This document shows, one piece after another, positions 7,547-17,645 of a DNA stretch of 64,000 nucleotides. A program made the position numbers and the translations under genes. How positions within the stretch are numbered: the stretch's first letter is position 1; every line of letters starts with the position of its first letter. Source of the stretch: Candidatus Levyibacteriota bacterium (GTDB taxonomy: Bacteria; Patescibacteriota; Microgenomatia; Levybacterales; UBA12049); assembly GCA_016214555.1 (NCBI GenBank), contig JACROF010000002.1, forward strand, positions 136,125 to 200,124, written 5' to 3'. A model generated the notes under the pieces. That model saw only the letters and a program-made list of their open reading frames with translations. It was not told the DNA's origin and made no database searches.

Positions 7547-9805
7547 TTAGGGAGTGGGCGTTGAGGTTGGGCTTTCCGAGTTTTTATTCTTTAATTCCCC
7601 AGGCGGATTATAACGCTCCTCATCTTTATGAAACTCCGCAATCCATGCATCTATTCCTTCTTGCCATCTATTTCTCCCATCGGTTGAGACAGGATCACGT
7701 TCGGTAAAGACCCAGTAATCTTTTCCATCTTTATTTTGATAAATGGAAGAGCTAGAAGTGGGTTCTGTACCTTTGATAAAAAATTCAGATCTTGCTGGTT
7801 GACCGTCCCTTGGAAGACCACCGCCTAATGGATCAATTTGAAGAGCAATCACATTTTCAGGCTTTTTAAAATCCTCATCAGGTTTTCCTTTGAGGGCCAT
7901 AACCATAAGGTTATGCCATATTGGCGAAGCGCCTGTCGCACCTGATGCAATTGCCTGATTCATGGGGGTGTAATCATTATTTCCTACCCAAACACCCACA
8001 ACAAGTGATGGAGTGTAGCCAAAAGTCCAGTTGTCACGCTTTTCGTCTGTTGTTCCTGTCTTCGCAGCAACCGTACGACCTGGGATACGAAGATAAGAAT
8101 TTGTTCCAAATTCATCCGCTCGAGCGTTGTTGTCAAGAAGTATGTGGGAAATAATATATGCTACCTCTTCAGGTAGTACTCTTTTTCCTTCGCGAGGCTT
8201 ATACTCAAACAACTTATGACCCCTACTATCTGTAACTTTTAAAATAGCAACCGGATCCTGCCTCACGCCTCCATTGGCAAATACGCCATATGCTGTCACT
8301 TCATCAATCATATGTGTTTCGCGACCTCCCAAGACAAGCGACAAACCAACATTTTTGAGATTTTCATCAGTTGGCTCCCAGGAGGCAACTCCCATATCGT
8401 ACGCAAGCTGCATACTGTCTTTTATACCAACAAGAGCAAGCATTTTCACAGCGGGGATATTTAATGAATTTCCTAACGCAAAACGCATCTGGACAGGCCC
8501 TCTAAACTTCCCGTCATAATTGACAGGGTTGTAAGGCTCAGATGAACCGTCAGTAACAAATTCAGTCTTGGTGTCCATGAGCATTGTTGAGGCTGTATAT
8601 CCTTTTTCCAAAGCTTTCGCATAGATAATAGGCTTCATCGATGACCCAGGCTGTCTATCAGCTTGAGTTACTACATTAAAATTGCCATCAATATCTTCAC
8701 TAAAATAGTCTTTACTACCAACCATAGCCAAAATCTCACCTGTTTTTGGCTCTGAAATAAGAGCAGCACCGTTGCTTACTTTGTATTTTTTAAGACTATC
8801 AATTTCATCTTTCACAATTTCCTCTGCTTTTTCCTGCATTTTAATATCAAGTGTTGTTGTCACCTGAAGCCCACCGTTCTGAACCATTTGATCCCCAAAT
8901 TTATCACCAAGAAGCTGACGAACATACATCACAAAATGTGCAGCTTTAAGATTTGCTGCTCGCTGAGTAAATTGATAATTTTTAATCTCAGTTAATGCCT
9001 TTTCTGCTTGAGCTTTAGTGATGTATTTATCTGCAACCATTCTCTTGAGGACTGAATCTGTTCGATCTATATAATATTTATTGCCACTAAATGGCGTATA
9101 GAGTGAAGGGAGCTGGGGAAGTCCTGCTAAAAATGCAGACTCTGCAAGATTTAATTCTTTTGCCTTTTTACCAAAATATTGCTCTGCAGCAGCTTCAACT
9201 CCAATTGCTGTTCCGCCATAAGGAATATTGTTGAGATACATTTCCAAAATCTGATCCTTTGAAAATCTATTATCAACCTGGATTGAAAGCATCAATTCTT
9301 TAATCTTACGAGGAAGAGACTTTTCGGATGTTAGAAGGACATTTTTGACCAATTGTTGAGTAATGGTCGAGCCTCCTCCAGCTATACGAGCTGAGAGAAG
9401 GGAGCGAGCAAATGCACGAAAAATTCCAATAATTGAAAACCCATTATTTTTATAAAAATCTTTGTCTTCAATCGCAATAGTACCTTGTTTGACATATTTT
9501 GGAATTTCATTAATTTTGACGTATGTTCTATTTTCATCTTGATACACAGAATAAAGAAGCTCACCATTTCTATCGTAAATCCTTGTTGCATCTTTATATT
9601 TTGAAGTTACCAATTTTCCAGGCGTTGGAAGATCACGGCTATACCAAAGAAAAAGAAGGGGGACAATGACAACACCAGCAATAAAAGCATAAAGCATGAG
9701 ACGAGTAACTCTACTCCAAAAAGATGCATTTTTAAAAGAGAGAAAAGAAGGAATTCTTATTCCTTTATGAAGACGACTCCTGCGCCTTGAGTGAAAATCA
9801 GGCAT
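7547..9805 (-). CDS. class A penicillin-binding protein (transglycosylase/transpeptidase, PBP1A-like)
   Basis: N-terminal TM helix, GT51 motifs (EDKDFY, GGSTITQQLVKN) and transpeptidase SxxK (QPGSSMKP). Confidence 0.85.
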   Translation of the reverse strand: MPDFHSRRRSRLHKGIRIPSFLSFKNASFWSRVTRLMLYAFIAGVVIVPLLFLWYSRDLPTPGKLVTSKYKDATRIYDRNGELLYSVYQDENRTYVKINEIPKYVKQGTIAIEDKDFYKNNGFSIIGIFRAFARSLLSARIAGGGSTITQQLVKNVLLTSEKSLPRKIKELMLSIQVDNRFSKDQILEMYLNNIPYGGTAIGVEAAAEQYFGKKAKELNLAESAFLAGLPQLPSLYTPFSGNKYYIDRTDSVLKRMVADKYITKAQAEKALTEIKNYQFTQRAANLKAAHFVMYVRQLLGDKFGDQMVQNGGLQVTTTLDIKMQEKAEEIVKDEIDSLKKYKVSNGAALISEPKTGEILAMVGSKDYFSEDIDGNFNVVTQADRQPGSSMKPIIYAKALEKGYTASTMLMDTKTEFVTDGSSEPYNPVNYDGKFRGPVQMRFALGNSLNIPAVKMLALVGIKDSMQLAYDMGVASWEPTDENLKNVGLSLVLGGRETHMIDEVTAYGVFANGGVRQDPVAILKVTDSRGHKLFEYKPREGKRVLPEEVAYIISHILLDNNARADEFGTNSYLRIPGRTVAAKTGTTDEKRDNWTFGYTPSLVVGVWVGNNDYTPMNQAIASGATGASPIWHNLMVMALKGKPDEDFKKPENVIALQIDPLGGGLPRDGQPARSEFFIKGTEPTSSSSIYQNKDGKDYWVFTERDPVSTDGRNRWQEGIDAWIAEFHKDEERYNPPGELKNKNSESPTSTPTP

Positions 9806-9860
9806 GATAATTATTATAGCAAATACCTAAAAGAACACAAAAATATGCTATACTCGTGCT

Positions 9861-11063
9861 ATGGACGAGATACAAACACTACTCAACCGTGGAGTAGATA
9901 AAATCTACCCAAGCAAAGAAGAACTCGAAAAGTTATTGCGCTCTGGAAAAAAGTTAACCATCTATCAAGGCTTTGATCCAACGGGAGATAAGCTTCATAT
10001 AGGACATATGGTAGGCTTGATGAAATTAGCCGATTGGCAAAAACTAGGCCATCACGTCATTTTCCTTATAGGTGATTTTACTGGCATGATTGGTGATCCA
10101 TCAGGGAAAAGCTCTACGCGTAAAATGCTCTCACATGAAGAAGTAATTAGAAATGCAAAATCATATAAAGATCAGGCTGGGAAAATTTTGAATTTTGAAG
10201 GAGAAAATGCTGCCGAGGTTAAATATAATGGTGACTGGCTTCAAAAGATGAGCGCTATCGAATTTCTAAGAATTGCAGGTCTACTATCATATCAGCAAGT
10301 AGTAGAAAGGGATTTATTTCAAGAAAGAGCAAAAAACGGGCAGGATCTTTTCATGAATGAGTTTCTCTATCCTGTAATGCAAGCATATGATTCTGTAGCA
10401 ATGAATGTCGATGTGGAAGTAGGAGGCACAGATCAGATGTTTAATATGTTAATGGGGAGAAAACTTATGCGACACATGTTGCAAAAAGACAAATTTGTCA
10501 TGACTACTCCTATCCTCACAGACTCATCAGGCAATAAAATTGGTAAAACAGAAGGAAATGCTATTGCCTTAGATGATCACCCTGACGATCTCTATAGCAA
10601 AATTATGGCCTTACCAGATGATATTATCGTCAAAGGTTTTGAGTATCTAACAAGAATACCTTATCAAACAATTGATCTGATAAAGAACTCTCTACAAGGA
10701 GGAGATAACCCTATCAATCATAAAAAAAATCTTGCTCATGAGATAGTCAGGCAACTCTCCTCACAAGAAAAAGCTGACACAGCCCAGCAAAAATTTGAAT
10801 CTGTGATACAAAATAAACAAACTCCCACAGAAATTGAAGAGATCCCATTAACTATTTCTGTTTCGGAAAAAATTTCTGTTGCTGATGCTCTTGTTGCATT
10901 AGACCTTGTTGAAAGTAAATCAGAAGCAAAAAGACTTATCACTCAAGGAGGCGTAACTATCTATAATGAAGTTATCAGTGATCCCAACAAATTATTTGAG
11001 GGAAAAGATCAAGGAATTATCAAAATCGGTAAAAGAAAAATTGTCAAACTTCTTAAGCCCTAG
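9861..11063 (+). CDS. tyrS: tyrosyl-tRNA synthetase
   Basis: HIGH motif (KLHIGHMVG), KMSKS-like KIGKT, and a C-terminal S4-like domain. Confidence 0.85.
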   Translation: MDEIQTLLNRGVDKIYPSKEELEKLLRSGKKLTIYQGFDPTGDKLHIGHMVGLMKLADWQKLGHHVIFLIGDFTGMIGDPSGKSSTRKMLSHEEVIRNAKSYKDQAGKILNFEGENAAEVKYNGDWLQKMSAIEFLRIAGLLSYQQVVERDLFQERAKNGQDLFMNEFLYPVMQAYDSVAMNVDVEVGGTDQMFNMLMGRKLMRHMLQKDKFVMTTPILTDSSGNKIGKTEGNAIALDDHPDDLYSKIMALPDDIIVKGFEYLTRIPYQTIDLIKNSLQGGDNPINHKKNLAHEIVRQLSSQEKADTAQQKFESVIQNKQTPTEIEEIPLTISVSEKISVADALVALDLVESKSEAKRLITQGGVTIYNEVISDPNKLFEGKDQGIIKIGKRKIVKLLKP

Positions 11064-11185
11064 TATAATCTTTTTATGAATTTTATCCGCGACCATCAAA
11101 AAGCTTTTCGCATTATTATGGCAGTTGCACTTGGGGCTCTCATTCTCTCATCATTCTTACCATTTCTCGTCTATCTTTTTTAAGC

Positions 11186-13195
11186 ATGGCCCAACTACAC
11201 GACTTACTCTCAACGGGCAACCGTAGCCTTAAAATGTACGCTAAAAGGTTGCAAAAACTCGATCTTTATACCTTCCGCGATCTTTTATATCACATTCCTT
11301 CTCGTTATGAAGATTTCTCCCTTGTGTCTGAAATAGGAAAGGCCCAAGAAGGTGAGATCGTAACTATTAAAGGGCAAATACTTGAAGCAAAAAATGAATA
11401 CACAAGATCACGAAAAGCAATACAAAAAATGATCATCGCTGATCAAACAGGGTCAATTGCCCTTACGTGGTTTAATCAACCATACATCATTAAAAGTGTA
11501 GCGCTTAACGACTCCATCTCGGTCTCAGGAAAAGTAGAGCGCTTCAAAAACAACCTTACCATGATTTCTCCTGATTATGAGCTGGCAAGCAATAATCTTA
11601 TTCATACGGGACGAATTATTCCTATTTATCCCGAAACAGCAGGTGTTTCATCAAAATGGCTTCGAAGACAAATTGCACTTCTTCTTGAAGAACACCAAAA
11701 CATGACAGATCCTCTTCCAGAAACGATTAAAAATGAGTATGGACTTTTAGATCTTTCATTCTCGCTGAAAGAAATTCATTTTCCTTCCTCTTTTGATAGT
11801 GTTGAAAAAGCAAGGCACAGACTTGCATTTGATGAAGTTTTTTATATGCAGCTAGCAGGCATTGAAAGAAAGAAGCTATGGCATAGCAACAAAACTGCCC
11901 GAAAATTGACGATCTCTGAAAAAGATCTGAAAGCATTTGTTATCTCTTTACCTTTTACCCTTACTGACTCACAAAAACAAGCTGTCAACGATCTCACATC
12001 TGACCTAAGTAAAGAAAAACCAATGAATAGACTTCTTCAAGGAGACGTTGGAAGTGGGAAGACTGTCATTGCAGCAATTGGCGCATACATTACAGCAAAA
12101 AACGGGCTTCAAAGCGCTATTATGGCACCAACAGAAATATTGGCAAAGCAGCATTTCGCTACTCTAGATATATTGTTGAAACCTTTTGAAATAAAGGTTG
12201 GTATTGTAACAAGTAGCGAAAAAATGAAGAAAGAAGATTCCTATGATGTTCTTGTTGGTACTCATGCTTTAGTCTCAAAATCAGTTGTATTTAAGAAATT
12301 AGGATTTGTTGTTATTGACGAACAACAGCGCTTTGGAGTATCACAACGTTTTATTCTCAGGGAGAAAGGTGTCAATCCACATGTCTTTACCATGACAGCA
12401 ACGCCCATCCCAAGAACCATGATGCTAACACTGTACCGAGAACTTGATGCTTCATATCTCACCCATATGCCAAAAGGAAGAAAAACTATCAAAACGTGGC
12501 TCGTGTCAGAAGAAAAAAGGCAAAATGCTTACTCGTGGATAGAAAAACAAATTCAGACGACAAAAAGTCAGGTGTTTATCATCTGTCCATTTATCGAAAT
12601 ATCAGAGACAATGCAGACTGTCAAATCAGCAGTAAAAGAGTTTGAAACTCTACAAGAGATTTTCCCAAAAATGAAGATGGGACTTTTGCATGGAAAACTA
12701 AAAGCTAAAGAAAAAGATGAGGCTCTCAAAAATTTTCGTGATAAAAAATATCAGATCCTCGTTGCTACTCCAGTAGTCGAAGTAGGGATAGACATTCCAA
12801 ACGCTACTATCATTGTCATTGAAGGAAGTGAACGATTTGGACTCGCGCAACTTCATCAGCTCAGAGGAAGGGTGGGGAGGGGAGAAAAACAATCATACTG
12901 TCTTCTGTTTTCAGATGCGAAAAACCAGAAAGCCCTGTCAAGACTTAGAGCAATGGAAAATATGCAAAATGGAGCTGAGCTCGCAGAGTTTGATCTCACC
13001 CTCAGAGGACCAGGCGATATTTTTGGGACAAAACAATCAGGAGTACGAATACTCAAAATAGCTTCATTTTCAGATTTTGACCTCCTACAAAAAGCTAAAA
13101 ATGCAGCACAAAGCATCGAAAAAACACTAGATGATTTCCCAGAGCTCTCAAAAGAGGTAAAAAGTTTTGTTATAACCCCTTCAAGCCCTGATTAA
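11186..13195 (+). CDS. recG: ATP-dependent DNA helicase RecG
   Basis: Wedge/OB N-terminal region, Walker A GDVGSGKT, DEQQRFGV (DEQH-like) and helicase C motifs. Confidence 0.85.
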   Translation: MAQLHDLLSTGNRSLKMYAKRLQKLDLYTFRDLLYHIPSRYEDFSLVSEIGKAQEGEIVTIKGQILEAKNEYTRSRKAIQKMIIADQTGSIALTWFNQPYIIKSVALNDSISVSGKVERFKNNLTMISPDYELASNNLIHTGRIIPIYPETAGVSSKWLRRQIALLLEEHQNMTDPLPETIKNEYGLLDLSFSLKEIHFPSSFDSVEKARHRLAFDEVFYMQLAGIERKKLWHSNKTARKLTISEKDLKAFVISLPFTLTDSQKQAVNDLTSDLSKEKPMNRLLQGDVGSGKTVIAAIGAYITAKNGLQSAIMAPTEILAKQHFATLDILLKPFEIKVGIVTSSEKMKKEDSYDVLVGTHALVSKSVVFKKLGFVVIDEQQRFGVSQRFILREKGVNPHVFTMTATPIPRTMMLTLYRELDASYLTHMPKGRKTIKTWLVSEEKRQNAYSWIEKQIQTTKSQVFIICPFIEISETMQTVKSAVKEFETLQEIFPKMKMGLLHGKLKAKEKDEALKNFRDKKYQILVATPVVEVGIDIPNATIIVIEGSERFGLAQLHQLRGRVGRGEKQSYCLLFSDAKNQKALSRLRAMENMQNGAELAEFDLTLRGPGDIFGTKQSGVRILKIASFSDFDLLQKAKNAAQSIEKTLDDFPELSKEVKSFVITPSSPD

Positions 13196-13198
13196 AAA

Positions 13199-13227
13199 TT
13201 GACAGAGTTATTATTTACTCATACACT
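13199..13227 (+). promoter_or_regulatory. sigma70-like promoter TTGACA-N17-TACACT
   Basis: Consensus -35 with 17-nt spacing to a -10-like hexamer, immediately upstream of the GTG start at 13234. Confidence 0.3.
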
Positions 13228-13233
13228 AATATT

Positions 13234-14352
13234 GTGCCCGTAGAATATACTTTACAAACTCAACAGACACAAGTTCCCGTTCAAGAACACACGCTTCCAA
13301 CAAGATATCTTGTTCTAGTTGGTATTGTCATCGCTATCACTACTCTACTTCTTGGGATACTTCTGGGTGCGATCTTTTCAAAGCCCAAAAATGCACCAAA
13401 GATAACAAAATCTGCCCAGCCGTCACCAACTATCTCTCAAAAAGTAGTGGAAACAGTTACTCCAACGCCTATGCAAGAAACAATCTCTTTGGCTTTTCTT
13501 CCAGGAAAACAGTATTTTGATGATGCCTATATTGCTGTTGAGGAAAAATCTCCCCACAAGACACTACTGCTCTCTGTTGCAAGACTTGAGCAGCAGCAAA
13601 ATTTTACGCAATTTACTAAAGTTAGCTACTTTGATGGCAAAGAATGGAAAAGAATCACCCTCACAAACACAACTCAAGATGGTACAGTTGTCCCTAATTC
13701 TCTTCTTCGCTTGTGGAATGACATAGAAAATGCACAAGGTGATTTGAAAAAAATCATTGCAACCGTCCAGGTTCAAAAACAAATTGTTTCACTAGCCTCA
13801 CCAACCCTGTCTGGTGAAATTAGCATCCAGAGCCTTCCTGGTTCTACAAAATTCATATATCAAGGGGTTGGCACACTACAAATTGATAATCAAAGTTTTG
13901 ATGTAAAGGTTTTCCGAAGTAAAACATACTCGTTTAATGCTTCTGATCTTTCATTTTTAGGAACACCTGAATTGCTCACATCAGATTTTATGATTTCATG
14001 GGATCAAGAGGGAGCGTTTTATTATGGCTCTTCTCATAAAACTCAAAACTCTATCAATAAAATTCAAAATTCTCAATTAGGGGTTCTTGAAGATGCGATT
14101 CGTAAAGTCAGCAAGTCTCTACAAATATCTAGCTCAATGAGCCAAAGCAGTGACTCACAAAAACAATATCAAATAACGCTTCAGGATCCTATTAATACAC
14201 GCATTTCGTACCCAATGATCAACACTGTAGAAAAATCACCATCACAAGCTTATTCTTGGATCTTGGGTGTAGGAGATAGTCAAATAGTAAAAAGTGAGGG
14301 AAGAACAGTTGATGGATATGGAGTATTTGAATTTATTCAACAGCTGAAATAA
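13234..14352 (+). CDS. hypothetical membrane-anchored or secreted protein
   Basis: GTG start, N-terminal TM helix (YLVLVGIVIAITTLLLGILLGAIF). No recognised domain. Confidence 0.45.
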   Translation: MPVEYTLQTQQTQVPVQEHTLPTRYLVLVGIVIAITTLLLGILLGAIFSKPKNAPKITKSAQPSPTISQKVVETVTPTPMQETISLAFLPGKQYFDDAYIAVEEKSPHKTLLLSVARLEQQQNFTQFTKVSYFDGKEWKRITLTNTTQDGTVVPNSLLRLWNDIENAQGDLKKIIATVQVQKQIVSLASPTLSGEISIQSLPGSTKFIYQGVGTLQIDNQSFDVKVFRSKTYSFNASDLSFLGTPELLTSDFMISWDQEGAFYYGSSHKTQNSINKIQNSQLGVLEDAIRKVSKSLQISSSMSQSSDSQKQYQITLQDPINTRISYPMINTVEKSPSQAYSWILGVGDSQIVKSEGRTVDGYGVFEFIQQLK

Positions 14353-15108
14353 TCAGATATCGAGTTTGATCTTTAATCCAAAATGGTCTGACAAATCAAC
14401 ATCATTCACTAATGAGAACTCTGACGTAAATAGCTTGTTGGTATAGATAAAATCAACAGCAAGTCCTGGAGGAAAAAGGCTTGTTACCCTATGAAGACGT
14501 GGATTGAGAGTATTTGAAAGTTGCTCAGCATGATTAGTCGCAAACGTATTGAGGTCTTTAATAATCTGAGAGCTTTTCGTAACATTGAAATCTCCAGAAA
14601 GAACAAAAGGCTCCTCAAGCGTAGAGATGAAGCTGCTTAAAATTTTTCCTTGTTCTATTTTGTAAGGCTTGTCCTCAGGAGTCGGACCCCATGCTAAGTG
14701 AGTGTTAACAAACCAAACTTCTTTCTTAAGCTGAAACTGCAGCGCCAATGCCAATCGGGGAAAACGCATCATTACTTCTTGCATTGAAATTTCATGCCTG
14801 GTGAACTCAACGTAGGGGTTAAGCCAAATTATTTTTTTATTTTTGACTTGTAAACCATTTTTATACAGAGTTGCATTGCCGAAATAAGAAGTTTCCTCAT
14901 TTTTTATCCTCAAAGAAATCGCCAACTCTCCTTGATACCCAAGTTCTTTTTTGAGAATAGCAAAGGTATCATCGCTACCTCTTCTTCCAATTCCTCTTGA
15001 AACTTCTTGGAAATGAATAATGTCAAAAGACTCTTTCTTTACATAATCGATAATTTGTTCAAGGTTTCGCCCTGTTTGAATATTTAGATGAAAAAAGGAT
15101 AAATTCAC
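14353..15108 (-). CDS. endonuclease/exonuclease/phosphatase (EEP) family protein
   Basis: N-terminal LNIQTG...HFQEV and C-terminal SDHFGL motifs typical of the EEP fold. Confidence 0.6.
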   Translation of the reverse strand: MNLSFFHLNIQTGRNLEQIIDYVKKESFDIIHFQEVSRGIGRRGSDDTFAILKKELGYQGELAISLRIKNEETSYFGNATLYKNGLQVKNKKIIWLNPYVEFTRHEISMQEVMMRFPRLALALQFQLKKEVWFVNTHLAWGPTPEDKPYKIEQGKILSSFISTLEEPFVLSGDFNVTKSSQIIKDLNTFATNHAEQLSNTLNPRLHRVTSLFPPGLAVDFIYTNKLFTSEFSLVNDVDLSDHFGLKIKLDI

Positions 15109-15168
15109 CTTTCCATTGTAACACGTCTAGATGTTGCGATTTGATCGTAAATAAGATACAATACACAC

Positions 15169-15375
15169 ATGTCACAAGAACCAAAAAAGAGACACTCAAG
15201 ACAACGTCAAGGAAAAAGACGCGCAGCAATCTCACTTTCTATACCAAAAACGGTTAAGTGTGATAATTGTGGCAGCATGCATCTTCCTCACACAATTTGC
15301 TCAGCGTGTGGTTTTTATAAAAAAACACAATTTATCACAAAGAAAAACCCTACTAATAAGCCAGCAATAGCATAA
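15169..15375 (+). CDS. rpmF: 50S ribosomal protein L32
   Basis: Basic N-terminus plus a CDNCG...CSACG zinc-ribbon pair. Confidence 0.8.
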   Translation: MSQEPKKRHSRQRQGKRRAAISLSIPKTVKCDNCGSMHLPHTICSACGFYKKTQFITKKNPTNKPAIA

Positions 15376-15387
15376 TATCAAGAGTAC

Positions 15388-15756
15388 ATGAAGACCTCAC
15401 AAGACCCTCGACATATCAAAAGACAACACACCGTTCAAGAGTTATTTAAAATTCAATTCCACAATCAACCCATTTCCCCCAGAGCTGAAGAAGTTTTGAA
15501 AAATAAAGACGTCATTGATGCAAAAATCCAAGAAGCAGCACCTGAATTTCCCATAGATAAAATTAATCGTGTTGATCTATCAATCCTTCGTCTTGCAGTT
15601 TTTGAACTTCTCATCGAAAAAAAAGAGCCAGTAAATGTTATAATTGATGAAGCGGTTGAACTCGGCAAAGAATTTGGCGGGGAAGCTAGTCCAAGCTTTA
15701 TCAATGGTGCCCTTGGCAATATCATAAATCATGAAAGACCTTCCAAAGATCAATAA
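15388..15756 (+). CDS. nusB: transcription antitermination factor NusB
   Basis: ILRLAVFELL signature helix and the NusB length. Confidence 0.75.
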   Translation: MKTSQDPRHIKRQHTVQELFKIQFHNQPISPRAEEVLKNKDVIDAKIQEAAPEFPIDKINRVDLSILRLAVFELLIEKKEPVNVIIDEAVELGKEFGGEASPSFINGALGNIINHERPSKDQ

Positions 15757-16411
15757 CCAACATTTATTCGACCAAGCCTTTACTCACAGATCATATTTAA
15801 ATGAGTCTAAAAATGAGATTGAGTCAAATGAACGCCTCGAATTTCTAGGAGACAGTATTCTTTCTTTTATCGTTTCTGACCATCTCTATAAAAATTACAC
15901 TCACTTTGACGAAGGAATTTTAACAAATCTTCGCTCATTATTAGTAAACACAAAAAGCATCGCAAAAGCAGCAAAAGAGCTCAATTTTGGCCAATATCTC
16001 AAACTTTCTAAAGGAGAGGAAGACTCAAAAGGAAGAGAGAATGAATCGCTTCTTGCAAATTCATTTGAAGCTTTTTTGGGAGCTCTCTTTCTTGATCAAG
16101 GCATTGAAAAAGCAAGAGAATTTGTCGCAGATATGCTTTTCCCACAAATAGAAGAGATAGTTGAGAAAAAAGCATTTAAGGATCCTAAAAGTCTTTTACA
16201 AGAATTTGTTCAGGCAAGAAAACAAAATTCGCCAATGTATAAAGTGCTTCACGAGGAAGGACCACCTCACTCTAAAATTTTTACCATTGGTGCTTTTGTA
16301 AATCAGCTTCAAATAGGGGAGGGGACTGGAAAATCAAAACAAGATGCAGAAGAGCAAGCTGCTGAACAAGCACTGGCTTATCTTCAAAAAGAAGGCCTTA
16401 AAGAAGCGTAA
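15731..16411 (+). CDS. rnc: ribonuclease III
   Basis: ERLEFLGDSIL RNase III signature plus a C-terminal dsRBD. Confidence 0.9.
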   Translation: MKDLPKINNQHLFDQAFTHRSYLNESKNEIESNERLEFLGDSILSFIVSDHLYKNYTHFDEGILTNLRSLLVNTKSIAKAAKELNFGQYLKLSKGEEDSKGRENESLLANSFEAFLGALFLDQGIEKAREFVADMLFPQIEEIVEKKAFKDPKSLLQEFVQARKQNSPMYKVLHEEGPPHSKIFTIGAFVNQLQIGEGTGKSKQDAEEQAAEQALAYLQKEGLKEA

Positions 16412-16452
16412 TTTACTTGAGAATCCTTCATCTTTCTGATACAATACTTCCT

Positions 16453-16680
16453 ATGGCAGTTGTAATTAGACTAACAAGAACAGGCAAAAAAGGAGAACGA
16501 AAGTTCCGCATTGTCGTCAAGGAGAAAAGAAGTCGCCGAGATGGCGACTCTGTTGAGGTGCTCGGATGGTATGAAAAAACACCAGACAACAGCAGAAAAA
16601 AGATAAATCTTGACCGCTACAAGTATTGGATTTCTCAGGGAGCACTTCCTTCAAAAACCGTTTCGGAGATAGTAAAGTGA
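16453..16680 (+). CDS. rpsP: 30S ribosomal protein S16
   Basis: MAVVIRLTRTGKKGERKFRIVV. The internal ATG at 16453 is used. Confidence 0.85.
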   Translation: MAVVIRLTRTGKKGERKFRIVVKEKRSRRDGDSVEVLGWYEKTPDNSRKKINLDRYKYWISQGALPSKTVSEIVK

Positions 16681-16682
16681 CC

Positions 16683-16949
16683 ATGAAAGATACTCTTCAT
16701 TTTATTGTTAGTGCTATTGTTGACAATCAAGAAGCTGTAAGTATCGATGAACACGAAGAAGATGGTGTTGTTGTACTTACCATCCACGTTGATCCTGCAG
16801 ATATGGGAAAAATTATTGGAAAAGAAGGTAAAGTTATTCGAAGTATCCGAAATATTATGAAAGTTAAAGCTATGAAGCACAACATTCGAATCTCCGTCTC
16901 ACTTGCAGACAACGAAAAAAAAAAAAAATCCCAATACCAACCTCTCTCT
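16683..16949 (+). CDS. KH-domain RNA-binding protein (YlqC-like), fused in frame to trmD in this sequence
   Basis: GKIIGKEGKVIRSIR KH motif. No stop before the trmD ATG because of an A14 tract. An A13 tract would give a TGA overlapping the trmD ATG (ATGA). Confidence 0.6.
16915..16928. repeat. A14 homopolymer tract at the KH/trmD junction
   Basis: Counted directly from the sequence. Encodes KKKK in the current frame. Confidence 0.9.
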
Positions 16950-17645
16950 ATGAAAATAACTATCATCACCCTTTTTCCTGAGATGTTTTCTGGTGCCTTC
17001 TCTCACTCAATTGTTAAAAACGCACAAGAAAAAAACCTCATAATAATTTCATATGTAGATCTTCGTCAATTCGGACTGGGGCAACATCAAACAGTCGACG
17101 ACACACCTTATGGAGGAGGAATTGGTATGATTCTTCGCGTAGATGTTGTCAAAAAGGCTATTGATGCTGCAAGAGATCCACAATACACAAATGAAAGAGT
17201 TATTCTTTTGGGTGCATCAGGGAAAAAATACTCCCAGCGTATAGCTGAAAAGTATGTATCAACATACCAACATCTTATTTTCATTTGCGGGCATTATGAG
17301 GGATTTGATGAAAGAGTTAAAAAATATGTTGATGAAGAAATCTCACTTGGCGACTTTATCCTAACAGGGGGCGAGATTCCAACAATGGCAATAGTTGACT
17401 CTATTACAAGATTGATTCCAGGTGTATTTAAGGAAGGAGTCACAACTCATGAATCATTTACTCACAAAGATGATAAAGGTTATCTCCTTGAATATCCGCA
17501 ATACACTAAGCCTCAGGATTTTGAAGGAGATAAAGTCCCTGATGTTCTTCTTTCAGGAAATCACAAAAAAATTGAGAGCTGGAGAAATGCAATGGCACGA
17601 AAAAAAACAGACACACTCAGACCAGATCTTCACAATAAATCCTAA
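16950..17645 (+). CDS. trmD: tRNA (guanine37-N1)-methyltransferase
   Basis: MKITIITLFPEMF start and SPOUT-fold motifs. rpsP-KH-trmD is a conserved context. Confidence 0.85.
   Translation: MKITIITLFPEMFSGAFSHSIVKNAQEKNLIIISYVDLRQFGLGQHQTVDDTPYGGGIGMILRVDVVKKAIDAARDPQYTNERVILLGASGKKYSQRIAEKYVSTYQHLIFICGHYEGFDERVKKYVDEEISLGDFILTGGEIPTMAIVDSITRLIPGVFKEGVTTHESFTHKDDKGYLLEYPQYTKPQDFEGDKVPDVLLSGNHKKIESWRNAMARKKTDTLRPDLHNKS

Noticed and set aside
11076-11183. 35-aa hydrophobic ORF (MNFIRDHQKAFRIIMAVALGALILSSFLPFLVYLF) between tyrS and recG
   Set aside because: No SD. A TATAAT at 11064-11069 sits 6 nt before the ATG and is more simply the recG promoter -10. The ORF is too short and unconserved to call.
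16626-16682. N-terminal extension of the KH/TrmD ORF overlapping the rpsP 3' end
   Set aside because: The frame overlaps the S16 coding sequence. The ATG at 16683 directly after the rpsP stop is the natural KH-protein start.
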